From: Octopus vulgaris
Taxonomy: Eukaryota
Reading direction: 5' to 3'
Assembly: GCA_951406725.2 (NCBI GenBank)
Contig: OX597818.1
Span: 8,928,001 to 8,992,000 of the forward strand
DNA length: 64,000 nucleotides
The position numbers and the translations under genes were made by a program. Within the stretch, counting starts at the first letter, position 1; the number at the start of each line of letters is the position of its first letter. Below the pieces are notes generated by a model. The model was not told where the DNA came from. It was given only the letters and a program-made list of their open reading frames with translations, and did not search any database. This document shows positions 53,151-64,000 of the stretch, one piece after another.

Positions 53151-53334
53151 TTCATACATACATTCTGATACAGATATGCATACTTACATTCATACATATA
53201 TATCTGAATGTATGTACTATGTATGTATGTAAGTATTCATGATTATATATAAATATACTCACATTATTACGAACATTATATATACATGTGTGTATGTGTA
53301 TGCATGTATGTGTGTAACGAAATTATATTTTTTA

Positions 53335-53752
53335 ACTCTTTTACTCTTTTACTTGTTTCAGTCATTTGACTGCGGCCATGCTGGAGCACCGCCTTTTAGT
53401 CGAGCAAATCGACCCCGGGACATATTCTTTGTAAGCCCAGTACTTATTCTATCGGTCTCTTTTGCCGAACCGCTAAGTGTCGGGGACATAAACACACCAG
53501 CATCGGTTGTCAAGCAATGCTAGGGGGACAAACACAGACACACAAACACATACACACACACACACACACATATATATATACATATATACGACATGCTTCT
53601 TTCAGTTTCCGTCTACCAAATCCACTCACAAGGCATCGGTCGGCCCGGGGCTATAGCAGAAGAAACTCGCCCAAGATGCCACGCAGTGGGACTGAACCCT
53701 GAACCATGTGGTTGGTTAGCAAGCTACTTACCACACAGCCACTCCTACGCCT
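53335..53752 (-). mobile_element. Family A SINE (young, full length)
   Basis: Head GGCGTAGGAGTGGCTGTGTGGTAAG; tail GACTGAAACAAGTAAAAGAGTAAAAGAGT. Confidence 0.92.
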
Positions 53753-53979
53753 AACTGTTAACAATTTACAACTAAGTAGACGAGTTTGTTTAACAGCTAA
53801 ATTACAAACCGTATCCCGAAATTAATGATCATAATTTGTAATTTACATTAGTATGAAATCCTGTAACATTAGGTTGCTGTAACGCAGGGATGCCTGAACT
53901 TCAAACTTCAAAGTACAAGTCTAAAAATGAAGAGCGGTTACCAATGGAAACTGTTTTATCAATTTCGATATCTTTAAAT

Positions 53980-54645
53980 CAGTGGTTCTCAACTGGGCAC
54001 TGTATGGCTCCTGAAGCTCCATATAAGATTTTGGGGATAACAGAATTGTAAATCGGGGATCAGCAATATAATTTTAAGGACCCCTGAAAAAGATTTTGTT
54101 TGGTTATAAAGCTGGCACTCCATCGGTTACAACGACGAGCGTTCCAGTTGATTCGATCAAAGGAACAGCCTGCTCATGCAATTAATGTGCAAGTGGCTGA
54201 GCACTCCACAGACACGTGTAACCTTAATGTAGTTCTCAGGGAGATTCATTGTGACACAGAGTATGACAAGGCCGGCCCTTTGAAATATAGGTACTACTCA
54301 TTTTTGCCAGCTGAGAGAACTGAAATAAAGTGTCTTGCTCGAGGACAGTAGGCGTCGCCGGGAATTGAACTCACGACCTTATGATTGTAAACCGAATGCC
54401 TTAACCACTAGGCCACGCGCCTTCACTAGTTTATACGTACTGGTATGTATTGAAAGACACCGATTTCTTTCTCTAACATGTACATAGTTCAACCTACACA
54501 AGGTAATGTGTGAAAAACAAAATAGGAATTTTGAGAGACGTTACTATCAAGCTAGATATTAAGCATAGGATATCTATGGGAGTTCACCAGAATAAAATAG
54601 CAAACAAAGAGGGCATAAATAATAAAAAATGGTTGAAAAGCCCCG
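53980..54645. mobile_element. hAT-like non-autonomous DNA transposon with nested SINE
   Basis: Left end CAGTGGTTCTCAAC, right end GGTTGAAAAGCCCCG (degenerate TIR). TSD not clean. Confidence 0.55.
54105..54425 (-). mobile_element. tRNA-derived SINE with Nin/Deu-like domain
   Basis: Head GAAGGCGCGTGGCCTAGTGGTTAAGG..GAGTTCAATTCCCGG; body CTGTGGAGTGCTCAGCCACTTGCACATTAATT. Confidence 0.8.
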
Positions 54646-55298
54646 ATCTAAAGTAATATATATGATTTATATGCACTAATGATAGATATGAGCTGGTGGA
54701 AAATTGAGCATAATTATGTAGCGATGCAGCTAATGCATGTTTTTGTCTATCTCCTTCTTTCTCTTCTTTTTACATACAAGAAACACAGGTTACTCGAGCC
54801 AACGAAAACCTTTCTTAGTCATCGCTTATCCTGTTAGAGCTATCAGCGACATCTCTCTAACTGAAATCACACATAATAAACGAAGACAGTGGACAATGTA
54901 GAACTAGCTATTAGGCTTGAAAAAGACATAGTTGTCAAGAAAGGTACGAACTTGATCACAGTTCTCTGAGATTAATGCAGTCTCGGGGCTAAAAATCAAC
55001 AGTAGTCACAACTTCAACAGTGATACTAAAATCAGTCAAATTACCACATCTTACCTATTTAACATTCTGCCACTTTTAATGACACGGGGAAAATCAAGAA
55101 TATGACCACGCTTTAGAGTGTAAAATGGCAGGAAGTTAATATATTTCTATGATAGTTGGTCTATCCTTTTTTGAAATTTCCATTCTAACGTTAATTCTTT
55201 TTATTTGGTAATTGTCTTATTTTTAGCTAATCTCCACAACACTTCATCAACACACTAAATATAAAACATTCATTTCCTGATTTCTACATTTTACTCAC

Positions 55299-55325
55299 CT
55301 GTTTCTACTCATTCTTATTTTGCTC
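55299..55325 (-). other. Candidate 27-nt micro-exon of a minus-strand host gene
   Basis: Acceptor CTGTTTTTTTCTTCTTTTTGCCTCTTATAG, exon GAGCAAAATAAGAATGAGTAGAAACAG, donor GTGAGT. Only one frame is open and it contains ATG AGT AGA AAC. Confidence 0.45.
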
Positions 55326-57172
55326 CTATAAGAGGCAAAAAGAAGAAAAAAACAGGAGCCAAAGATACAGGAGTCTGCATATGTGGAACGTGTTATGGTG
55401 AATAATGTTTGTATGTGTGTCTTTATGCGTATGTTTATGTAACATAGCATTGATAGTAGCGTAGAAAGGCTCCAACGAAAGGCAAAAGCGCGCGCACGCA
55501 CACACAGATACACATACACACAGATGCAAATAAATGTATGTATATGTAAATATATGTGTTTGTATGTGTGTTGTGTTTGTATGCATTGGAATTACTTAAG
55601 GCATCTTCTATTTTGCTTTTTTTTATTCCTTTCTTTTAAAATACTACCTCTTGTAAATTACAGTCCAAACTAAATGTAAATTTCTTTCCTTCCTGACAAT
55701 TTTTACGTGTTTTTGATTTCTGATTTCAGTAGGCTTTTTCTTTTTTTTTTTTGCTATTTTATTCAAGATTCTCTTTAATGTGTCCCACCCCCTTGCTGTA
55801 TCGATTTCATTTAGGTTTTCTGGTATTTTATTTATTTCAGTGGTTTACTTGATGTTATTGGCGTGTCAGGTTTGAGTCTCGGTGACTCTTCCTTATCAAA
55901 TTACTTGCAACTCTTTAGAAATTTTCTAGAAACTAAACAACGAAACAGAAAACAGGTATATAAATATACATACAATATACATATAACATACATATAAAAT
56001 ACATATAAAAATGACTACTCTATTTTCCTCTGAATTTTTTTTAGTATGACTTCCATTACTATTGTTGTCTTTTTTTTCTTTATTCTGTTGTAATTCTTGT
56101 AATTGTTGTTGATGAGTCATGTTTTATTATTTAGAAATATATTCTAGAATATTTTAACGTTCAAAGTATTTTTCAGAGTTAGATTGTCTTTTTTTTTTTA
56201 CTTTTATGTTTACATCCATCTTCTTTTTTTATTATATAAAACTTAATATTATTTATATCCTGGAGGAAGAAAACTACTTACCTGACAACTCAGTCGAAGA
56301 AACTCTTAATTAACCATCACGAGATTACACCTAGCAAAACTTACCCCGCTGATAGATGAAAAGGAATGAAAAAATCGAGATGCTGGGAAATATTACAGGA
56401 ATCTCTTTTCTTTCTACTTTACTTTTAAAAGAGTTTCTTCTTTTTCTCTCTGTCGAGATCTTAAATGGTTAACATTAAAGATTTTGTTGAAAGTTCTATT
56501 ATTTTCAAGTTAGAATTAAATTTGTCTAAAGCAAGTTCACTTTTAGTTCACAAATATTTTAATTTTAGTTTATAAATTTGTATGTTTTCCATTTTCTTGT
56601 TTTCCATTTCAGTACTGTATAACTGTTAGATTGTAAATACACGTCACTCCGCTAAAGATCTCTACTTCTGTCTCAGATAGTTTTGAATTATAACCCTTTA
56701 GGAATCCGTACTTTTCCACCAGGCACTAAACACAAACTTGCGTTGATAAACAACGATAAACTGTATTTCTATTTACGCTTTCCATCAAACACGCTATTAC
56801 TGTGGTAAGACTTTTTTCTACATTGAACAAAAGATACAAAACCTACTTATAACGAGTTACCAAAATATATCACTGTCTTTTACTATCGTGTTATGTGCGC
56901 GCTCACACCCACCCACGCGCGCATGCATTTTATGTTGGGAATATACGAAGAGAGACATAGTGAGGGGAGAGACACGCAAAGAGGAGAGAGAGGAAGAGAG
57001 AAGGAAATATACCCTCTTAATTATTATTCTGAGAAATACTGTACATCGGGTCGTCCCTAAACATTTACATAGCATTTATTTTTCTTTGAGGAGAGGTTAA
57101 CACTCACTCCCAAGGAGATACAATGTATACAAACATATATACATATTACACACATACGTATATATATATATA

Positions 57173-57234
<62 letters not shown>

Positions 57235-57236
<2 letters not shown>

Positions 57237-57510
57237 CCCCCTCGGCCAAGGTTGTTTGTAGAAAGCCAGCAGTTGCTTATGCATACCAGCCTCTCCTCTC
57301 CACACTGCTGATGTTATCGAAGGGAAAGGCAAAGGCCGATACAGCTTGGCATCACTGATGTCGCAACTCATTTCTGCAGCTGAGTTAACTGGAGCAACGT
57401 GAAATATAGTGTCTTGCTGAAGAACACAACTCGCAGCCGGATCCGAGAATCGAACTCACAACGTCACGATAGTAAGCTCACTGCTTCAAAAACTGAGCCA
57501 TGCGCCTTCA
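57235..57510 (-). mobile_element. tRNA-derived SINE (CORE-like body)
   Basis: Head GAAGGCGCATGGCTCAG..GAGTTCGATTCTCGG; CTTCAGCAAGACACTATATTTCACGTTGCTCCAG. Confidence 0.75.
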
Positions 57511-58059
57511 CACACACACACACACATGCACACGCTTATGCACGCCGGCACGCACACACACATACACACACACATATGTATATGAATTATTAAAGTGGCT
57601 ATTCGCAATTTAAACCAAAGGGAAGAAGTACAAAAGTGACTAAGGATGCATGTGAACACCAGCATTGCTAGAACAATTCTAAGCCACGGTCACGCACTAG
57701 CTATTTTCTGATAGGGGAGGCAACCTCCGTACAGCAAGTGAGAGCGTTAGATCACCGGTGGTTTCAGATAGAATTGAGTAGTCACAATCTATAAGCAGAC
57801 GGCACAAGTGCAGTTTTAATTTCTGACTGACCACTTCAATAATTTAGAATAATCACTTTACCATTTTACCGAATCAGCCGCTGATACTTATGGTATTTTC
57901 TATAAACTGACAAGGCGAGTTAGCTTAATACTAAGCGACGGAGTAGTGTCACCGATGAGGATTAACCTAGCAGATGTTCTGACGCTCTTGTTTAATACAG
58001 TGAGGTTGTCTATCTTGTCAGTAAATAGATGGTGCCCTGCCATTGGTTAAGAGTTGTTT

Positions 58060-58097
<38 letters not shown>

Positions 58098-58288
58098 TAT
58101 ATCGTGTATAGCGTCATGCAGTGCATTACTGGTTATGTTATGTAAGGAGTTTTATTGTTAACAACAGTATTGTGTTGAGTATCGTAGCTCGCAAAATTGA
58201 CGATTCTTCAAAAATTCTGTTTGGAAGGAAATGTAACGACTTTGTTTCTCTTTTATAGTGTGTTTTTTTCTTTTTACTTATATATATA

Positions 58289-58949
58289 CCAGGGGAAGTC
58301 AAAAAGTATTTGCTCTTTCGTCATAACATATCTTTATTATTGTCATACTGCCTTCTATGCATGCGTGCTTTGAGATGGTACTATTGTTGTCACGTCATCG
58401 AAGTTTGAGCTTGATCACGCCATTTTTTTTTCTGGCTTTACAGTGTAAGCATGGCCGCTCCAGTAGCAATGTGCAACAAAGAACAAAGAACAGTGCTCCG
58501 ATTTCTCTGGTCGGAATCGTTGTCAGCTGCTGAAATTCATCGGCTGCTTTTAGCACAAAACCCGACTGTGCACTACCGCGCAGAAGTGTGTACGAGTAGA
58601 TCGAGTAGTTTAACAGTGCCCGGACAAGCGTGAGGCACGAAGGGGAAGTAGGATACCCGTCAACCTCCACCACTGACGAGAAGATTCAGCAAGCTCGAGA
58701 CATGGTAATGGTAAACTGGTTCACCATTACCACCTCTCGGATTACTGTTCTTTGTTCTTCTTCGGTGTACATTACTAGTGAACCGGCCATACTTACACTG
58801 TCGAGCCAGAAAAAATAGTGTGATTATGCTCAAACTACACTCATGTGACCACATTAGTACCAACTATAAGCACGCATATGCAGAAGGCAGCGTGACAATA
58901 GAAGAGATATATTATGGCGAAGAAGCAGATAATTTTTGACTTTCCCTCA
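58289..58949. mobile_element. mariner-derived fold-back element with ~215-bp inverted arms and TA flanks
   Basis: TA|CCAGGGGAAGTCAAAAA ... TTTTTGACTTTCCCTCA|TA. ORF 58451..58633 EQRTVLRFLWSESLSAAEIHRLL is a mariner N-terminal HTH. Confidence 0.85.
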
Positions 58950-59539
58950 TATATATGCATATGTGTGTGTGTGTGTGTGTGTGTGTGAGTGCACGTATGT
59001 ATGTGTGTGTGTATGTATGTATGTATGTATGTATGTGTGTATGTGTGCATGTATGTATGTATGTGTCAAATTTGACTAATTTGATTCTGCTCGCATATGA
59101 TAGTTGAAAGATCTCGATACGTCTGTTCTCCTGGATTATTTCCTAATATTTTTCCTTATTTTCTGGCATTTTACTCGGGGTCGGTCAGTAGAAATGCGCG
59201 TCACCTGAACTAACACATGACGGGCCTTCAAACGGGTGCATCCGTAAAAGTTTTTATGTTGACATAAATTTTCAGTATAATATGGTGGAGATACGGTGTC
59301 CCAAATTTATATTCCCTTGTAAATTTTTCATCAACATTCTCTAAAAACAGTACAGAACATTTTACTTAGTAATTGAACGAGCACGTGGAAGATAAAGTAG
59401 TCTGACAATAATCGTTAATTGTAAGGTCGTTTTCATTCGCTCAGGGAATAAGGCATTTGATTATCAGCAAACTATCCCCAAGAGGTGGAATTATGGAGTA
59501 TGATTATATCAAGACAATGATGTTTCACAACTAGTAGAA

Positions 59540-60740
59540 ACCATTCGATTTTCCAGTAATATTGGAGTCAGAAGTAAGAGATAGTATTTGAAGACTTAAA
59601 AGAAAGCAAAGCTACTAGAATAGATGATCTACCCGCAGAACTATGAAAAACAAACAATCTGATGACTAAATGTTATGCACTCTCTGCAATGAAATCTTTA
59701 TCGGTGGAGAATGGTCGTCGGGCTAGTTCACATCAGTTATTCTAATAAGATCAGAACACTCCTGAACCATCGAATTCACCATTTATCACACCATATCCCT
59801 AATCAGGCACAAAAACAAGATCAATCAAAAGGTATTGCTACAGAGGACAGAGAAGATCGTGGTGAACAGTTTGTTAATGTACAGATGCGATTTCGGAAGA
59901 AGGTCAGAACCAATGACCAGATATTCAATATAGAAATGATGGAAATAAGTGCGAAAATTCAGTGTTCATCTGTAGATTACATTTATTGGCTGCAAAAAAG
60001 CATTCCGCTCTGAAACAACGGATCAAAACTGTTGGTGTGAACGCTAAAGCTGTGACTTTGTTTAGTAATCACATCAAAATTCTGCAAGTTGCCATCAGAG
60101 CAGTGAAAGTACATTCAGGTTCTATATCGAAAAATTATTTCGTCAAGTTTCTCCTGCCTCAGCCATATGATTCAAGGAAGATATAATAACAGTTAGATAA
60201 GAATCATTATCAGTGGAAAGAATATCAACAGTTTATGATATGATATATCGCAATATCACAAGAGGCGCTACAGACACTACTGGGAAAGGTAAAATACGTA
60301 TCAATTGAATGCCAACTGGAAATGAGCAAAAAGGGAATGAAAGTCGCGGCAGTGACAATAAAACACCAGAGCAACTCAACATAAATTACTAAGGAGTTTC
60401 CTCAGAACAAGTTTCTAAGTTCACATATCAAGTTGCTTTCATAGAACAATGAAGAGGCGAGGACTTTGAAATAACAAAGCCATACAATCTGGGAAAATGG
60501 AGGTCCTAACAAATGCAATGCATGAAAGGCCCTGAAGACTCAAGTTTAACTTTTGTTGCACAGTGTAGACGTGAAAGCCGGAGCCTAAGTGCAAAGGACA
60601 CGGCCAAAGTAAAGCATTTGAAACAGCTGGCTACCGAAGTGTGCAGAGTATCAACTGATTAATCATCAATGAAAGGTGTCAGTCAGTACTTGAGGAAATG
60701 GGGAAGAAAATTTAGACAACACCCAAAAATAAGAAATGAA
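59540..60740 (+). mobile_element. Degenerate RTE-clade LINE RT fragment
   Basis: ILESEVR..SKATRIDDLPAEL; QMRFRKKVRTNDQIFNI; many stops and frameshifts. Confidence 0.7.
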
Positions 60741-61037
60741 GAGAAGGACTATACTTATTTATGATTATCTGTTTAGTTGAAATGTTACATCAATCAATAT
60801 GATGCGTTTTACAAATGAATATGTTATGTAAATCTATACAGGATTAAGTAACTGTTCCATTCATTGCCTCTTTAAATTGGCTGTAAGAGTAACACACACA
60901 TATATATATGTATATATATACAATATAAATGTCACATTCTCTACTATATACATGCATATATATATATATATATATTTAACTTTATTTATTAGGGAATAAA
61001 AATTTCGGCATCACAGGGGTTCAAATTATTCTCAATG

Positions 61038-64000
61038 AGTTAGTTAGTTAGTTAGTTAATTTGGCTCAAAAGCAAATAGCAAGGCCATGTAGGGGGACAT
61101 GGAGTTAAGTACAGGGTGGTGTTCATGTAAAGAGTTCAGGCCACTTGAGGTCCAGGGAGGCTTTGAACAAAGCAGTCGTCGGCATCTTCACCATCTCGTC
61201 TGGCAGCTTGTTCCACGGATCCGCAACCCGGACGGAGAAAGCTCCTCTCCTTCGATTGAGATGAAATCGTCGCAGGTAGAGCTTTTCGGAATGACCCCGC
61301 AGCCGACGCTCCGGAGCAGGAGTGAAGAACAGCTCTTTCGAGAGGTTACACTTCCCGCTTATGATGTTGTGGGCGAGAATGAGATCACCACGGCGGCGGC
61401 GTTTTTCAAGAGAATAAAGGTCGAGCGTCCTCAGCCTTTCTTCGTAGAACAAATTTTTGAGACCATGAACCAGGCGGGTAGCCAGCCTCTGGACTCTTTC
61501 GAGGTGCTGTATGTCTTTGAGGAGATAAGGAGAAGAGGCTTGAATCCCATACTCCAATATGGGTCTCACCAGCGTGACATAGAGTGGCAGGAATATGGCT
61601 GCTGTGAGCATTCCGAATGACCGTCGAATCAAAAACAGAATTCCGCGCGCTTTGTTGGCAGCATGGACGCACTGGGCCGAAGGCGAAAAGGAGGAATCCA
61701 CCAAGATACCCAGGTCCTTTACCTGATCGGTCCTCTCCAGCAGCAGACGACCCGGCTCGAAATCAAGTTGAGTTGCAGGAGTAGAGCCGACAGGCAGATG
61801 ACAGCACTTTGACACGTTCAGACACAGGTCCCAATCGTTAGACCACTTCCAAATTTGGTGGAGGCATCGACGAAGATCCTCTATACTACCGCGATGAGCG
61901 ACCAGTTTGATATCGTCGGCAAATAGAAGGGTGTGTTGCGTGAGGTCGTCGGGCAAGTCATTTATGAAGGCTAAGAACAACAAGGGCCCAAGCACTGAAC
62001 CTTGAGGCACGCCACTGCTCGCACTGGAGACGTCGGACCGCGAACCATTAACTTGAACTTGGAAGGAGCGATCTGAGAGGAAGGCACCAACCCATCGTAC
62101 AATATCCGGATGGAAACTATATGCTTGAAGCTTGACAAGTAGTAGGCGGTGGTTTACCGAGTCAAAAGCTTTGGCAAAGTCCAATAAAACGATGTCAACA
62201 GCATCACTATCATCGAGGATGCGCGTCACCAATTCTTCCATTACTAGTAAGTTGGTCAAGCATGATCTCTTCGGCACGAAGCCGTGTTGGGAATCAGTGA
62301 TCGAGGCTGTGCTTAGGAGGTGGAGCATCATACTTTTCTTAAGGATGGTTTCGAACATCTTGCTGATTATTGATGTAAGGGAAACCGGTCGGTAGTTAAG
62401 CGGGTCTTCGCGGCTCCCTTTCTTGAAAATTGGGCAGATTATCGCTGTTCTCCAGTCTGCAGGTATAACACCCGTCGCCAATGACATATTGAATAGTCGT
62501 GTTAAGGGCTCGCAGATGACCGGAGCCAACGCTTTGATAACCCGTGGGTGTATGCCGTCAGGGCCGTGACCCTTGTTGACATCGAGGCCTTGAATAACAC
62601 GTTTGACTTGGTCCCGCGTGATGATCAATCGAAGCATTGGAGGTACCGATCTATCAAATGGAGGGGGTTCACGACCATCATCTTGTTTGAAAATAGTTGA
62701 AAAAGCCTCGGCAAATAGTTGACTCTGTTGATAAGGGTCCTCAATCGATACGCCTGTTGAGTCTACCAACGTTGCAATCTGGTTGTTCAAGCGGGAATTC
62801 CGCTGGACATGGGCAAAGAATGTTTTTGGATTGCTACTGGCATTTGCCGCGATTTTGTATTCATAACTGAATCGTTCTTTCTTTTCAATTTTCACGGCTC
62901 GGTCTCGTTGAGTTTTGTACACCTCAAAAGCTGCAGTCGAATCCAGATTTTTGAATTCAGCCCAAGCAATATATCTGAGTCGACGTTCTCGTTTAACCTT
63001 CTTCGTCACCCAGGGCTTGTGTTTCTTCCTCTTGGGAAGTCCAACGGGAACTGCCTGGTCAGTCAAACAGATTACATATGCTTTGAGGGATGACCATAGT
63101 TCGTCAACTGAGGACAACGTCATCAGGGAACGCCAGTCCAGAAGCGCGGAAGCCTCGGTTAGAATTTCAAGATTAATTGCAGAGAAGACTCTACGTGGCA
63201 GCGAAGTAATCGTGGGCGTGGAAAAAGTTGTGTGCATGACGAACTTCAGGACCGCATGATCACTCTTGGCAAGAGGGGCGCACACAGATACGTCTGACAC
63301 TGATCTTGGATAGCGGGAGAATACCAGATCTAGCATAGATGGCTGCTGCCCAGACCGATGCCTTGTCGGATATTCAACATGTTGCGATAGAAAACAATCT
63401 TCAGCCACGTCAAGAAGGGCCTGGCCGAACCGGGAAGATGTTGTACAAATTGATGCGGGCCAATCGATCGTGGGAGCGTTGAAGTCGCCTAGTACCAAGC
63501 AGTCATGCGAAGCTGAAACGAATCTTATCGCCTCGAGTAGATGAGCATCGTCCTGGGGGTCGGCTAGAGGCGGCCTGTAGACAGCCAACACGGGCAGGCA
63601 AAACTCAGATAGGCTCAGCTTGCAATAGACGGCATCGAATTTGGTTGTAGGTTGAGCATTTGTGGGTAGAATACCGCAGGACGGTTTGTGCTCAGACTTA
63701 ACATACACAGCAACACCTCCACCTCGCCTTTTTCCTCTGTCACATCTGAAAAGGACGTAGCCCTGCAGGTGGATCTCTGAGTCCTTTACTGCTGGAGTCA
63801 GCCAAGTCTCGGTGATAGCTATCACATCAGGGGAGTCGCGTAGGGCCAGTGTAAATAGTTCACTGAACTTTGGGAATAAGGAGCACGAGTTGGTGTAGAC
63901 GATGCTGGGCTGTGAAGTCTGAGGGGCGGGAGTTGGGGAACAAGCAGAATAAAGGGCATCAGAGATAGCATCGTTGACGGGGGTATCAACTTCACTTCGA
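61038..64000 (-). mobile_element. Young CR1-clade LINE with intact ORF2, short 3'UTR and (TAAC)n tail; continues beyond the window
   Basis: Intact ORF, ~85-nt 3'UTR ending GCTTTTGAGCCAAATTAACTAACTAACTAAC, and visibly higher GC than the flanks. Confidence 0.95.
61123..63999 (-). CDS. LINE ORF2: AP endonuclease + reverse transcriptase
   Basis: 900 aa in the ORF track (ITETWL, GDFNAP, SDH, NYRPVSLT, DFAKAFD, VPQGSVLGP, FADD). The frame stays open upstream to the window edge (IVYTNSCSLFPK). Confidence 0.95.
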   Translation of the reverse strand, partial: RSEVDTPVNDAISDALYSACSPTPAPQTSQPSIVYTNSCSLFPKFSELFTLALRDSPDVIAITETWLTPAVKDSEIHLQGYVLFRCDRGKRRGGGVAVYVKSEHKPSCGILPTNAQPTTKFDAVYCKLSLSEFCLPVLAVYRPPLADPQDDAHLLEAIRFVSASHDCLVLGDFNAPTIDWPASICTTSSRFGQALLDVAEDCFLSQHVEYPTRHRSGQQPSMLDLVFSRYPRSVSDVSVCAPLAKSDHAVLKFVMHTTFSTPTITSLPRRVFSAINLEILTEASALLDWRSLMTLSSVDELWSSLKAYVICLTDQAVPVGLPKRKKHKPWVTKKVKRERRLRYIAWAEFKNLDSTAAFEVYKTQRDRAVKIEKKERFSYEYKIAANASSNPKTFFAHVQRNSRLNNQIATLVDSTGVSIEDPYQQSQLFAEAFSTIFKQDDGREPPPFDRSVPPMLRLIITRDQVKRVIQGLDVNKGHGPDGIHPRVIKALAPVICEPLTRLFNMSLATGVIPADWRTAIICPIFKKGSREDPLNYRPVSLTSIISKMFETILKKSMMLHLLSTASITDSQHGFVPKRSCLTNLLVMEELVTRILDDSDAVDIVLLDFAKAFDSVNHRLLLVKLQAYSFHPDIVRWVGAFLSDRSFQVQVNGSRSDVSSASSGVPQGSVLGPLLFLAFINDLPDDLTQHTLLFADDIKLVAHRGSIEDLRRCLHQIWKWSNDWDLCLNVSKCCHLPVGSTPATQLDFEPGRLLLERTDQVKDLGILVDSSFSPSAQCVHAANKARGILFLIRRSFGMLTAAIFLPLYVTLVRPILEYGIQASSPYLLKDIQHLERVQRLATRLVHGLKNLFYEERLRTLDLYSLEKRRRRGDLILAHNIISGKCNLSKELFFTPAPERRLRGHSEKLYLRRFHLNRRRGAFSVRVADPWNKLPDEMVKMPTTALFKASLDLKWPELFT

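Noticed and set aside
54350-54425. tRNA genes (also other SINE heads)
   Set aside because: The A/B boxes continue into SINE bodies, with no complete cloverleaf.
61099-63259. Plus-strand ORFs of up to 173 aa overlapping the CR1 ORF2
   Set aside because: Antisense shadow ORFs expected from GC-richer coding sequence; no recognisable motifs.

Overview
AT-rich, repeat-dominated animal genomic DNA. The SINE families and the density of TA/CA/AAT microsatellites are most consistent with a cephalopod such as Octopus (inference). No complete host gene is visible; the only host-gene signals are candidate minus-strand splice sites and a 27-nt micro-exon near 55.3-56.3 kb. The main feature is a ~20-kb same-strand train (15.9-35.6 kb) of at least seven R4/Dong-type non-LTR retrotransposon copies (RT, CCHC knuckle, PD-(D/E)xK endonuclease) from several families, nearly all ending in (AAT)n. 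Two copies of a ~0.5-kb non-coding element sit in the same train, and a small UGG-loop hairpin ~50-60 nt before the AAT tail is shared by four Dong copies and both non-coding copies. Also present: a well-formed type I hammerhead ribozyme inside a Penelope-type inverted repeat (7.8-8.5 kb) plus two degenerate hammerheads; a young, GC-rich CR1-type LINE with an intact ORF2 running off the right end; an old CR1/L2-type LINE with CCCH-finger ORF1 interrupted by an 8-bp-TSD MITE; fossils of Tx1/L1, RTE, Penelope, maT, mariner, Tigger, hAT and Helitron; and many tRNA-derived SINEs. All family assignments are by eye from motifs, with no database search.
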